Notes under the pieces: generated by a model
Told to the model about the DNA's origin: nothing
The model's input: only the letters and a program-made list of their open reading frames with translations
The model's database searches: none
NCBI GenBank assembly: GCA_030141605.1
Contig: JAQGDQ010000099.1
Span: 203,194-267,193 of the forward strand
Direction of reading: 5' to 3'
Length of the DNA: 64,000 nt
Source: Tubiluchus corallicola
Lineage: Eukaryota > Animalia > Priapulida
Shown here: positions 39,403 to 52,897 of the stretch, piece after piece
Numbering within the stretch: position 1 is the stretch's first letter
How the letters are laid out: every line of letters begins with the position of its first letter
Position numbers and translations under genes: made by a program

Positions 39403-41975
39403 GTTGGTTCTAATAATACAGCTGTGCCATTAATTAATGCTGCAACGAAGTTTATTTTTGGTCAGTTTTTTACACCAAACTTCAAAGTGGCCCTATGTTC
39501 GAATTTTTATTTTAGTATCTTAATCAAATGCTCGACTAAGCTCATCAAAATATGAGTTTACGTGACACCACACATTTTTCCGGTGTCTTCATGTAAATTT
39601 ATCTAGCCATGTTGAAATACTTGTGCATTCACGTGCTTTCTGGTTACTTGTGCAATGTTGTCGTGTGAAACCATAGAAAGATACGTGGCGTTCGTGTAAA
39701 CTCGTCATTTTGTGCGACTGGGCAAAATTTTAAGCATTTAAAACGTATCTTTAGTGTAAACTTATAGATTCTTAAACCTCCTGCGCTGGTAAAGATTTTC
39801 TTAAATCTAGATTTTGTAGACGTGTATAGACTGCAAATTATGCTGCACAATTATTTTACATCAAACTTTATTACATAATAACACGAAATTATGTAGTTGG
39901 GTGCAACTTTTAAGTTGCCAAACTGGTATGCAGTGACCTAGCAGTCTAGACTTTCCACGGTCTAGATTTAATTCATGTTGCTGCTTATTTAAATATTATG
40001 ATAGCCTGTAAATAACTTTGTAAAAATATCAAGCGACCTTGTAATAATTGTTGTACATACGTGTTACGCCATCTAGCGAGTAATAAAAATATAATCTGCT
40101 TCTATGCTAATTTATTTTGTAGCATGTTTTTGTTTTTAATTTTACGTTCTTATTATTTAATATTTGATTGAAATAATATTCATTGGCGTGTTTCATACAT
40201 TGAACCTGATTCTGACACGCATGTACACTTTAGTGTTACCAAATCAAAGTTTCCTGGTATTAGATTGATAGGCCTATTTATCTAATCAGTGAAAAATAAT
40301 TCTCATAAGATTAAGACTTGAAAGCTTTCACACATTTAAAAGAACAACATTAAAATGACAGTAAACCACCTGTGTGTATTAGTTCTATAGATTAATAAAT
40401 GATTACCGACAAATTTACCCTAAATAGATGTGAACACTTTTGCTGCTATTGTGACGGTGTGAATGTGCCTTTACCTGGTACTGCAGTTAGTGTAATTATA
40501 TAAATGACTAAAGACAATTTAAGAGTAATATAATGAAGACGTGAACATGAATTTTCACAGTTCAAAAGCAGATAAAATCACTAAACAAATCGAAGTTTTC
40601 ATAATTATATTTATTGCTATTTTACGAAAGTATTTTCTTCTATTTTTATAGTACGATTTGCTCGAAAATCAACAGTAAAACTTCGTGCAGAACAGATGAT
40701 TAGGTATAAAGCAGAGATATGGGAAGGTTATCTTTTCACGTCTCTGTAATAAACAATAAGAAACGGTAATTTGTGCGAGCATCTCTGAGCTAACTTAGAA
40801 ACTTTGGTTAAAGTCCCAAAAAATAATGATGTTATCAAAGCATCTTAAAACCATGGATAACATTAACACCTGCTTTACTTAGAATAATGCAAAAAATAAC
40901 AGAATGTGGTTTTACAAAAAATAATTCATCGATTGTAATTTTTCAATAAAAGTTAAATAGAATGCCATTTTCCATAAAAAAATTATTGAACATGGCCTAG
41001 GCATTATCTCAAATTCAAAAGCAGCACAAGACTTCAATTTAATTGTTTCCTAACATCTAAAATTGTGATACAAATTAACAAGAGTGGAAGTCTTATATGC
41101 AAATCTGACAAGTATGCAAAATTTATTTAAAGAATTAAACATTAATAGGACTAAGAAGAGAAAACTTCTTACTAGGCAGATTACTAGGCAGAACCAACAG
41201 AGAAAATATGTTCAAAAAATAATCTCCAGTTGGATGCCAGGTATAATCTGCTTAACTTTTAAAATGTACTAAACCAGTATACCATATCGTCAAGGCTTCA
41301 GTGCGAAACAATGCATATAAGCAACTAGGTTCATGCAATTTTTTAGTGTTTACGTAACTTTATTGTGCGAAATAACAAAACAAAATTTTTAACATAATCA
41401 GATGACTAAGTTTCAAATATAACATGCAGCTGCTAACAAATAATATTAAATCAGCGTAATTACAGTTAGACAAATACCGACTTAGCAAAATAAATACGCA
41501 TTAATTTTTACAAGTTTTTCACCAAACGACATTTCCTATCTATCTAACTAGTGGCCTAAAATGCCAAAAATATTATAGGCAGTATAAAGCTTTAGCTAAA
41601 CATCTTGCTAACAACATGTACATAATAAAGATTATTAAGCTAACATACAGAGGGAAATATACGTGGCCGTTAAGCTAGCGTGTACACACAATTCAATTTT
41701 ATGGAAAGTCCTCATTTCATCGGCGGTGTTAAGGAAAGTTAGGATACAAGGTGAAGACAGTTAAAAAAATTCAAGTGAAGAGCAACTTTCAAAAAATTCG
41801 AATGGGGAGCGCTAGAGTTATAATCGGACATTCATTTTGTTTTAATTTCAGAAAGGGCTTCATCTGCAGCTTACAAAATGTCAGAACAATAACCAAGAAT
41901 TTTGGGCACACGGAAGCAATTGTTAACAAAAAATTCTCGTTTGTGGTATGCAAAACATTTAAAGCATGCTAGTCT

Positions 41976-42193
41976 CACTGACAACAGCTACGTTTTATTT
42001 ACGTCTGCTTAAAAAGTTTCACTGACAATAACTATGCTGTATTTATATATTGTTAAAAAAGTTTTTGACAATAACTACGTTGTATTTGTATCTGGTTAAA
42101 AAAGTTTCTTTGACACTAACTACGTTCTATTTATGTCTGCTTAAAAAGTTTCACTGACAATGACCAAGTTATACTTATATCTGCTTAAAAAGT
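41976..42193. repeat. ~44-bp minisatellite, 5 copies
   Basis: Units resembling CACTGACAATAACTACGTTGTATTTATATCTGCTTAAAAAGTTT. Confidence 0.85.
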
Positions 42194-42194
42194 A

Positions 42195-42623
42195 TTAAAA
42201 GAAAGCGGAATGTTTCTGATAATTAGATAGTAACTTAGAAGATTAACAGGCGATGAGCACAGTTAGCGATGACGTCACAACTGAACATGATTTTTAAACG
42301 GCAAAAATATTCATGAGCATGTTGCACGTGTTTACAAAAGCGAAAGCTGAAATACGCTGTCTATGATTTTCACCAGCTCTGCAAATTTTAAATTGAAAAT
42401 TTAAATTTCAAGCTTAGGGCTGTGCCAACATGATATTTCACCATGTTTTTTGCGCAGCGCCTGTTTTTTGTGCATTGAAATTTCCTAGATGCAGGCACTA
42501 AAAATGGCAAATTGCATGTTAACAACGAAAAACATTTTTGAAGAAACTACATTGTCCCCTTCAATATTTTATATATTCGATCATTGTGAGCCATAGTTTA
42601 ACATTGGGCCCGATTTCCTTTAT
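42195..42623 (+). mobile_element. Kolobok-like non-autonomous element, copy 3 (5' end degenerate)
   Basis: Shares the GATGACGTCACAACTGAAC, AAAGCGAAA, CCTGTTTTTTGTGCA and TTCAATATTTT blocks and the 3' end GGGCCCGATTTCCT with the other copies. Confidence 0.55.
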
Positions 42624-42923
42624 TGTCCAGATAGAGCCTATGTAATAATAATAAATTGCTTTCTTTACACAAACTTGGTTGCAGGTTGTACAAGTTTACC
42701 TACTTCAGCAATTTCATCATTGTTACAAATTATATCACAATTAGTATCAACCTAGTTAAAGAACAACCACTATTGCAAGATACACTGTGTAATAAGTCAA
42801 CTACTATACACTGGGCATCAGGCAGTACTAAGCCATTCCGGTACTACAAGTTTACATTCACCGTAAATACTTCATTGTAAACAGTCTACATTGCATTTCA
42901 CAGTTTTGCACTTTAGATCACAA

Positions 42924-43554
42924 TAGGGAAGTTAAACGATACAGATTTTGTGATACGATAAGGATATAATCTGTTTTTCACATGATATGATAGAATACGA
43001 TAAATTATTTCAAACGATAAAAAACGATACTGAACGTTTGGTTAGTTATAGTGCAAAAAGTTTCAGTGTATCCGCAACACCCTGTTTTCTTGCAGGCTGT
43101 TTTCGGATTAATGCATAGACACATGTAATTTATGACAAAGTTCCTCTTCTTTGTTTAATCATAAATTAATATAAATATGTGAGCAGTGACAGATAAATAC
43201 ATTATGAGATCTATTACTACATAATACACTATCTATGTGAGTTGCCCTGCTTGAACGTAACTGGAAAAATGCCTCTAAAAATACTGCAAATGGTTTTTAT
43301 GTATCAGTAAACCGTATGAAGGCCATCACCATTGCAGAAATAAAGAACAAGAAAATTATTCAAATAACCTTATAAATAACTCTTTTTTTCAATTTTTTTG
43401 CATAATTCTAGTGCATAAATGAAAAAGCGAAGTGAAAAGATTTTATAAAGGTGAGTGATACGCACTAAATTCGATATGATAATGATATTCCTAGAATAAT
43501 ATCAATACGATAACTGATAATTATCTATACATACCATTATCGTTAACATCCCTA
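42924..43554. mobile_element. Non-autonomous hAT-like element
   Basis: TIRs TAGGGAAGTTAAACGATA / TATCGTTAACATCCCTA, 8-bp TSD GATCACAA/CATCACAA, and subterminal CGATA repeats. Confidence 0.8.
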
Positions 43555-44036
43555 CATCACAACAACTAATTTACAACAGAGTCAAAAATTATATCACAAT
43601 TGTTATATATCTTAATCAAAGAATGTTTTGTGCTATAAAGAGTGTTACAAGGAAACTGCTAGACGTTACTAAACTTGTTAAATTATAACTCCTTTAAAGC
43701 CCTTCTATGATTCCTTGTATTCGGTACAAATTTATTACGTAACCAGAATAATATTTTCGCTTGCAAGAAAACTGCAAGCATAAGGTTTTAGGAACTGGTG
43801 CTGACATGCCACTGACAGAGCAATGTAAACTGTTTGCTTGACTACTGTTGCATATAATTTGCTTGGAAAACAGATTTCTTTTATATTCGAATTCTGTGTA
43901 CAAATACAATTATTACATATCTTAATCAGAAGGTATATGTACTATAGAACGCTATGTACTATAAAGACAACGAAACTACTGGACATCACTAAACTTGTTG
44001 AATTACAATTCCTTTAATCCCTTCTACAGTACCTTA

Positions 44037-44559
44037 CAGTGGCAGCTCATAGCTAAAATTACTGGGGGTGCTTCTACAGAACATTTTAGCCATTGTTTTA
44101 ATACTGTGTAAAAAAGAAACAAACATATGTAATTTTAATGTTGTAATTTGTAATTGTAATTTTAAACCAACAAACATATACGAAAATTTATACATAAAAT
44201 CCTAAAATTGTCACAGTTCAAGAATATGCCGGTACACGGCTTTTAAGCATGTGACAATCAACAACGCACACTGAGTGAGCGTCAGTACTCTTTCTACCTA
44301 AAGTGCAGCATCTTATCTCAGACATGTGCGCATGGCTACATGCACAGTTGCACACAGCAGCCAAACACCACATTGCTTGAGCTGTGACAGCACTGTGATG
44401 GGCTGTGAAGCAAACAGTACCATCCTCACGTGCGCTGGACAGTACAAGTATAAAGAAAGAACTAAAGAAAAAAGACTTATTATGTTGAATATTATTGATA
44501 ATAGTGAGTGAAAATAGGGGATGCTGCAGTTCCACAGAACTATACACGAGCCACCACTG
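44037..44559. mobile_element. Non-autonomous hAT-like element
   Basis: TIRs CAGTGGCAGCTC / GAGCCACCACTG. The 8-bp flanks GTACCTTA/GTTCTTTA match at 6 of 8. Confidence 0.7.
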
Positions 44560-45016
44560 GTTCTTTATATGTCCACAAATGATGAGACACGCAAACGACA
44601 AAGAGTACATCACTGATTACGACAATCAACACCTACTACCAATTGTATATAAAAAAACAGATCATATATTTTTACAACGATCTCATAGGTTACGTAATTA
44701 CAATTATCATTATGGCAATAAGTACTAATAACGATATCAAACTTTTCCAAACAAACGCAACCAGCCACCCACTTAGACAGTGAAATGCAATCAAATGTTC
44801 AAAACATTTACATCAAATAAAAAAACAACGACAAAATCAAACAATTTCACCAAACCGAGCAGCTTATCACAGTGCAACAGCTATTCACTCGCATTCTCAT
44901 AACTTCTTATAAATTTATGTACAGACTAATATTTATAAATACACAGTTAAGTTTCAGGAATGTTTTACACAAAATGGATGTTACCTGCCCCACCCATAAG
45001 TCTAGATGATCACAGG

Positions 45017-45582
45017 CAGATATGCGCGGATAGCGGATTTGCTAACACGCGGTTGAGGAATCTGCACTAATTTTGTGGTTTTGCAGATTGTGGATAGCGA
45101 ATTGTGAGCAGATATGCGGATTGTGGATTTTTAATGCTAAAATCCCGCGGAATTTACATGAAATTACAACATGCAAATGCCACACATATAAGGCAAAATT
45201 TTCATTGTTTGCACAAAAAGTTTATCCAGTTTCAGTCATTTTGTCATTTTTTGTTTTGTCACGAAAATTATGGTTTGTAGTGTGGTGTGATGTGGTATGA
45301 TATGTTGGGGTGATGTACGTACATTGTGCGGTGTGAATTGTTTTTGAGGGTTTACAAGCAAAATTCCTTTGCGGGGTCTGGCTAGTGATTTAATATTGAT
45401 TAGTGATTACTCGTAGCTCAAAGCAAAACGTTTTTAACAATAGGGCACACATAGCAAGTCCAGTTTTTGCTTACACTTTCGCAGACATTGCGGATGTTCA
45501 AATTTCACATAAATCCATGGATTTAGCAGATGCGGATTTTGAGGCTGCATATCAATGAAAAAGTGAGAACCGCGCATCTCTG
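45017..45582. mobile_element. Non-autonomous hAT-like element
   Basis: TIRs CAGATATGCGCGG / CCGCGCATCTCTG, perfect 8-bp TSD ATCACAGG, and subterminal GCGGAT repeats. Confidence 0.85.
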
Positions 45583-46056
45583 ATCACAGGTGGTCGCACA
45601 AATGTCGAGATGCAATAAATATTCTACATATTAACTAATTCAAAAAACTTTTCTTTTTTTATAAATATGCTTGAGCATCTTGATTTTATAAACTATGAGT
45701 CTCTTGCATAAAATCACGAGCAGAGAGGAAGGTTTTTCACAAGTTCGTTTCGTGTGTTGGACAGAGGCCAAATCACTTGTTTTTATCAAACAATTTCTCC
45801 ATCAGTTATTTTTATAGAAAAACACCTTGCCATCTGAGATAGAAACACTGTCATTTTCTGAATTTAGTTCTGTCTTGCAATGTCACAAAAACAATTGCTT
45901 CTTTCGCTAAAACACTCATACCAATTTTGATGTTTCTAATTATTTCTTCATAATTTTCAAAAAACTGCCAAGTGGAACAATTTTGCTTTGAGAAAAGGGC
46001 TCTGTAGTGGCTAGTTCAGAAGAAAACTGTGATTCCATTAGCTCCTTCCTCATTAC

Positions 46057-46113
46057 CTATAGAATGTTGTTTCCTACCAGTTCTAACAAACAGCCAACGG
46101 CTCCCATATATCC
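46057..46113 (-). CDS. PANK: PANK last coding exon, GYMGAVGCLLELVGNNIL*
   Basis: GYxGAVG motif after acceptor TTTTTGCAG, then a TAG stop. Confidence 0.9.
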   Translation of the reverse strand, partial: GYMGAVGCLLELVGNNIL

Positions 46114-46220
46114 CTGCAAAAAACAGGATGAAAATCGTTTTTTTATATAAATCCAAAACAAATTATTTAACATCCGAGTTCTGGAAGGAGTTTATAATTC
46201 CCCACGCAATTTAAATATCC

Positions 46221-46312
46221 TAACCCTAGCCCTAACCTTAATCCAACCTTAACCCTTTCCCTAACACTAACACTAATCCCAACCCTAACCCCAATCCTAA
46301 CCTTAATTCTAA
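46221..46312. repeat. Degenerate (CCCTAA)n-like interstitial repeat in the last PANK intron
   Basis: About 15 hexamer variants (CCCTAA/CCTTAA/CACTAA). Confidence 0.8.
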
Positions 46313-46504
46313 TCTGCTTCATGAACTAATTTTTTGTGTGAGGGCAATTGTAAACTTTAGCTCCGAGTTTTTAAAGAGAATGAGGATAATGATGACGATG
46401 ATAAGGATGATGCTAATCACAGCAACAGCGGTGATGATTATATTGAAATGAAGTCGAATAATATTAGCTAAATAAAAAAATGGAAATTATGATTTTAATT
46501 TCAC

Positions 46505-46630
46505 CTCATGCTCCAAGAAAAGAGCTTGCATTTGCCCCTTCGACCAGTAGTCCATGGCATATGCTAGAAGCTTCATGGCTATTGGATTGATCCGTAGAAA
46601 ATTGCCAACAAAAACCACCCTGTCTATATT
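46505..46630 (-). CDS. PANK: PANK exon, [42 protein letters not shown]
   Basis: VFVGNFLR and ALFLEHE motifs, 126 nt, phase 0 at both ends. Confidence 0.95.
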
Positions 46631-46780
46631 CTGAAAAATTAAAATACATACAGTTCATGTGACTTTCAATTTTTGTATTACAAAACATATTTATAATTAA
46701 AACATTATTATAAGATAAGGTAACAGCTTCACATCAAAATTTAGATAAAAACAATCAGAATTTTCTATTACTTCTGGAAC

Positions 46781-46859
46781 TATGCGCTCAAATATACTTA
46801 GGGATGCTGTTAAAGGAAGATGGGAAACAGCAGCATCTGAGTAACATGGAAGCCACTAA
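46781..46859 (-). ncRNA. Candidate intronic microRNA hairpin (miR-103/107/2013-like)
   Basis: Imperfect inverted repeat (GATGCTG/CAGCATC, TACTTA/TGAGTA) in the PANK intron between ...ALNE and NIDRVV..., which is the vertebrate miR-103/107 host intron. Not folded computationally. Confidence 0.35.
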
Positions 46860-47434
46860 TATGAAGTTGTTGTTGAATGACAAACCATTAATGCGTTCGG
46901 GCGAGCTCTCTTTGTTTATTTAGAGAGAAATTTAGTTTTTTGATATAAATCATATGCATTAAAAAAATTTTGATATTTAATGATACTTGTATCGCCAAAA
47001 GTAAAAGGCTTGTCTCATCGAGCAGCAAGAAGTCAAACACCATTGCTGATTACTCCACCACCCACTACATTTCGATATTTAATGATATAAAGTTAACCAT
47101 TTGCTTCACATCAACATACAAAAAAGAGCAAAGTCTAGCTATAAAGCTAAACATTCTCTTTCTAATATAGTAATAATTAACAAAACATGTGTTAAATAGT
47201 CCCCATCTACATTTTGTAGGTCCCCTTTTGTTTTTTTTGTGTGTTTCTATCCTTTTGCTTGTGTGCCATGTATTTTAATTCGTGTGAATAAAGAGATTAC
47301 TATTATTATTATTATTATTATCACTATTATTATTATTAAGATTCTTAAAATTCATATTATTAATTCATATTCATAAGATTCATATTATCATAATTACTAT
47401 GATTCATAAAAACACAAAATCTAATTGACTTTAC

Positions 47435-47558
47435 CTCATTTAAGGCTGTCATTCGAGCGATTGATCCTATATTGTTGGTTATTGTTACTAAAGTGGCCCG
47501 GGCTAAATCATATTTGCTAGCCGATTCGCGCAGTTCCCGTGACATCATGTGCCCAAAA
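47435..47558 (-). CDS. PANK: PANK exon, FGHMMSRE...[25 protein letters not shown]
   Basis: [18 protein letters not shown] motif. Acceptor TTTTTTCAG, donor GTAAAG. Confidence 0.95.
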
Positions 47559-47914
47559 CTGAAAAAACATTACTGCAATGTAAAAACTTCTTGATAACAG
47601 AATATTTATTAAAATCATTTGCCATACGAGAAGACATGATATAAAACTTTGACAATTTGCACAAATGATTCAAGAAAAAGCAGATCTTAAAGAAAATGCT
47701 TTCCCTGAAAACATAAGATATGCACGGTAAACTAATAAACCAACAAGTTTAAATACTGGTTTTATTCATGAGTTTACTGCGTAAAATCTTATGATTACAG
47801 TGATGAAATTAAAACATAGTACAACAAAATCAAAATGCTTTCCTAGACTAGTTACTTGGCCAGCTAAAAACTCTGGCCAGGCAATACCTGAGATGAAGTC
47901 AAAAACTGCGCTAA

Positions 47915-48303
47915 CTAAAGGAAAACTGGATAATTTTTCATATCCTACCCCATTTTGAAGTAAACATTTAACAACGTAAACGGTAAAAAGTATACATTTA
48001 ACACCTATAATAATGCCAAAACATTTCTAATAATTAAAAAATAATAATTAAAAACTTGATTAATGACAACTAAGCCAACTTAGTGATGACATCATAACTG
48101 AACAGAATTTTTAACAGTACAAACATTCCACGAGTGTGCTGCACATGTTTGTGAAAGCGAAAATTGAAGTACATTCTTGCTGTACGATGTGTGGTGTGAC
48201 ACAAAACCTCAACGCATTTAAAATTCAAATTTCAATACTGTTGTGCTTACGCATGAGCTGTGTTTTAAGCTATGGTTTAAGATTGTGTCTAATTTTCCTT
48301 TAA
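47915..48303 (+). mobile_element. Kolobok-like non-autonomous element, copy 4, in a PANK intron
   Basis: CTAA-AGGAAAACTGGA...GTCTAATTTTCCT-TTAA. Shares TTTTTCATATCCTACCCCATTTT with copy 1. Confidence 0.7.
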
Positions 48304-48525
48304 GTTGGTAATTTACAAATGTGCTGCAAATAACGTAATTATTAATTTTCTTATATTTAACAACTGCAGCAATGGTTTATTTTCTACATTAATTAACTGA
48401 ATGTGTATGTTCACAACGAACATAAAGCAGCAGGCAAAACATGTATATCTCCACCTTCACCTACTATGGAAACATTAATTTTGTTATTTACAAGATATTT
48501 CTTCCAAAATAATTTAAAACCGTAC

Positions 48526-48602
48526 CTGCTAGCTACTATATGACCAGGAAGCCCAAATCTCTCGTAGTCACCGCCATATATGTCTTTTACCAATTTGTCT
48601 AC
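48526..48602 (-). CDS. PANK: PANK exon, [25 protein letters not shown]
   Basis: DKLVxDIYGGDY motif with canonical splice sites. Confidence 0.95.
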
Positions 48603-49199
48603 CTGTCAAAACGTAATTATGATGAATTAGCATTTTTGAGGGAAACAACAAAACAGACAATCAGTTCTCTGATCATTTAAAGTTAAAAGCTAAATATAAG
48701 TACATGCCTACAGTGCATGACCAGCTTTAACAATACAATATAGGGTGAGTGTGATGTATAAGAAAACCGATTTATTGCGTAATAAGAAGAATATAATTTA
48801 TTACATAAAAAGAAAGCTACCTTATCTGATTGCAATAGGATATTATATAATTACATTTTTTTCTTTCATCAAATCAGGTATAGTATTTAATATTTACAAC
48901 AAGGATAGATAAATTGAATCTTTATAATTAGCAGGAAAAAACTCGAAGCATTTTTAATGTTCACGCAAAATGCGTAAAATTTGGCTTACAAACTACAATG
49001 GTTGCCCATTTGACGATTCTACAGTAAAACAACAGCTAGTTTAGTGACTTTTGCAACCAAATTTATAAAATCTTCACTGCAAGTGTAGTTAAAATGGTAG
49101 ATGAATGAAACTGCCCTGCAAAAGTACGATAAAAACAAAACAAAAATTTGAGCAAGAGCAAAAAATGCAGACAGTCAAATACGTAAATAAAATCAATAC

Positions 49200-49299
49200 C
49201 TTTTTACTGTCACCTTGCCTTGCCATTTCAATGGCTTCTTCATAAGTTTCACAACCAGTGAGCAGGCAACATAAACCGAGAAAAGTCCCTCCTCCTAAA
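49200..49299 (-). CDS. PANK: PANK exon, [33 protein letters not shown]
   Basis: [10 protein letters not shown] motif with canonical splice sites. Confidence 0.95.
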
Positions 49300-51047
49300 C
49301 TGTAGCAAACATAAAGTTTTATAAGATAAGCATTCATTGAGAAAGAAAGAGCGATCCAAAAATCGGAATGCGTGGCAAGAATATTTTGAAAGTTGAGCTC
49401 ATATTAGTAAAGAGTTTAAAGCTCACTGGCTTCATCTCCAAGTGTCACCTAAGACTTTGGGGAAATCAATTTTAGCCCCAACCTGATTTTACTGGACATA
49501 CAATAGTGATGCTAGAAGTATTATCAGATTTAATGCAAGACATTTGAGTGTGTTGTTAAATGTAAATACTTTAGATATTTTTCATTTTAAGAAACTGAAC
49601 TTATACGTTTTCATATAGTGTCATACTGGTAATTTAACGCAAAAAAATGTGGACTATGCTAATATGTTCGAGGAATGTTTAAACGGGATTGAAGGCATAT
49701 ATGACGTAGGCCTAAATAGCGAACACAAGAAAATAATCATAAGCTACCTAGCCACTATTAAATGTTTAGTACAAGCAGATACATCACGACGACAACACAA
49801 TATAAAAATAAATTTACAAGAGAATTTCAAAGTGGACAAAACACAAAGAGTTAAAATGAAAAGCTCCAAATCACTTAAATGCTCCTTCCACCTTTTCAAC
49901 TTAACAAATAGAGCTTACAGTTGCAGCTTACAGAAAACTACAACTCTATAGCGAACTTTTACCTTGCTCAAGTAAAAGCAAAAGTTTGGGGACTGCGCCA
50001 CGATAAAAAAATTTTGCCAACAGTCATATAGAATATAAATGTATAAACAGAAGTCATTATATTTTCTCAAAATTAAAATGGTTGCATTTAGTAGTCAGTG
50101 CGTGGGAATCAAAATTTTCAAGTTTTACAGAGTACAGCTCAACACGAACACTTCGTACGTGCAGACAACGTAAGATTGGGAATTTGCCTAAAATCATGAC
50201 AATGATAATTTGTTTGCAAAGCGCATAAATAGACAGTTATTGTCATCAAATGCGCTATAAAACGGGTCAACAATAAGAATGACGGCAATAAAATATATGC
50301 ATATGATAAAAATTCACAAAGCAACTAATTAAACGATATAGTAAAAATAGGATTTAAGATTCACACTAATTAAATGATATAGTGGAAGTTTATTCCATTC
50401 ACATGGAGCTGCACTGGCAAATGCACGGCCACCAAACCGAACGCTTATTCTAAATGTATGTGAGAATTTCTCATTTTGTCCTGCGAGTGCTAAATAGGAA
50501 CATTATTTAAAATAAGCTTGCCAATATAAAAATCCAACAGCTTGGCTCATACCAGTTCCTTAATTAGAAAATTTTCAAATTGCTCTTTTGAAGTTAAAAA
50601 GATGCTGTTTAAGCACTATTGTTCTAATCTTTGCTGTAGTAGTGTTTGAAATAAATGCAGCGCTGGTACATTAATCTCTATCCGCATAGCTTATAATAAT
50701 GAAATAAGAAAACTTTTAAATTAAGATATGATTGTAGTGCATTTGGCATGCGCACGAATCTCTGACTATCAGTTTGTTCATTTGCGTGGAAAATCTACAT
50801 AGTTTTAGCAATAGGTTGCTGTTCTCAAATAACAGGTATGTTGTTAATCTTGTAAATTCTGATGTACCAAATAAATCGAAGAGTTTCAAATTGTGGAATG
50901 GACTTTTATCTCCAAATTTTCAGTTCACATAAGTTTTTTATGGCTGTTTTAGTGAATTTGTAATTATTTTTATTATGTCAATTTATTTAGTTTTATCTGT
51001 AATTATGTAAACATTTGTATATGGGACACTTTCCCAAAATAAAAAGA

Positions 51048-51280
<233 letters not shown>

Positions 51281-51284
51281 GTAC

Positions 51285-51532
51285 CTTGTTCCACTAACAC
51301 GTTTAAAGTCATTTTGTGAGTACACAGCCAGTATGCTGACACCGGAGCCGATATTAACAACGAGGTACGGATACGGATCAGAGAAGTCAAACGGCTGCTT
51401 CTTGCATAGATGTTCATCCTCGGGATTCGACCAGAAATAGCACTCCTCCTTAGGATGGATTTTATCGACAAAGTGAATTCCGTGAATCAAAGAGTTAAGC
51501 TCGTCGACTTTGTTCAGTGCTAATTGTACTTC
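51285..51532 (-). CDS. PANK: PANK exon, EVQLALNKVDEL...YPYLVVNIGSGVSILAV...RVSGT
   Basis: Catalytic DE and NIGSGVS motifs. Acceptor TTTTACAG, donor GTACTA. Confidence 0.95.
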
Positions 51533-52897
51533 CTGTAAAAAGGAAACACAAAATGCTGTAATGCAATTAATGACATACAGTAAACCATCAAAAAAAGACG
51601 GGAGCATTTTAATTTAATTTTTTTGTGCCAAAAGTCTAATTACTGAAAGCATAATTATATTCACACAAATCTTAATGGTACGAGGCGATGTGCCTTTTGA
51701 AAATATTTAATTCCTACCACTTGAAGTGTTAATTTCCTGTGAAAATAACTGCTGTTCTGTAAATTTGTGCATGAAAAAGCGCAATCAGTTTATCTGGTGA
51801 TTAGACATTATTTGACATGTTGTTGACCAAGGGTTGTTTACCAGTCATTACGAATGCCACTGGGTGTGCTTACGTAACAGCGGAGGCGGAGCAGTAGACC
51901 AATATGCTTGACAGCAATTTCTTTTGAGAATATAACTTACCAACCAGAATGACAGATTAAGCGAAATCACTAATGGAAAACAAGATACAGGCCACAGAAA
52001 AAAATGCAAGTGAAAAATCACAAGCACTAAAAATATAAAACAGCGACAAGAACATCAGATATCATATTGTTCTTTAGTGCCACACGCCGGTATTTTAGTG
52101 CCATGCTATTGGTGATATTTTTCGTATTATATGTGCTTCTGTGTTTGTAGCTTTTCTGTACTGTGTAATTCCATCCTTAATTAACGATTGTGGTATAGCT
52201 CATCTCTTTTTTTCATTCTTTGTACACAGAATTGTGTGCTTGCAAACCAAAATCGTGCAAAAGTCGGCATAGTTAAAACTACATTACGATACTTCAAAGG
52301 CGAATGCATCAAAAATTGGGTCAATTATCAGTTTTTTTTATTTTTTACACAAACAAATGCTAAATATATTGGACTTTTATGTTCTAGCATCAAAATATCA
52401 AGAAATTGGTTAGAAAATACTAAAATTTAATTTTATAACCCCATACTTACTTCTCTGACTAAAATTGCATTTGTCAAAAACTTATTTATATTTTCAAACT
52501 CTGATAGTGACTTATGGAAGCAGTCATTTTGCTTGAGGATTTTTCTGTTGCCAAACCCAGACCTTCATTTGGAAGACCCAGCTGCAGGATTTAAATGTAA
52601 CTTCAATGTGCTCTTGCAAAATCCATAGCAGCCGCCCATTCATACGATTGCTAAGTGTTTTTGTAGACGTGTGACAAAAAATAGTGGCAAACTTTAACAG
52701 CGATTTTCTCAACATTTTGTTTATTCAATGCCCTGCCTGAACTTCAACTTCAACATGGATTTTCTCATGTTAGAAATAACGCAGAGCACTGAACTTGGTA
52801 TCAAAATGATCCTCATAAAATAGTTTCAGGTTATTAACTAAAAAAGCTTAACTGCAGACTTAATTGTTTTTGTAATTTATGTTTATTTCTGGCTTAC

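Noticed and set aside
46221-46312. Telomere or chromosome-fusion remnant
   Set aside because: Short, highly degenerate, single orientation and inside an intron. More likely a simple repeat or transposon-derived.
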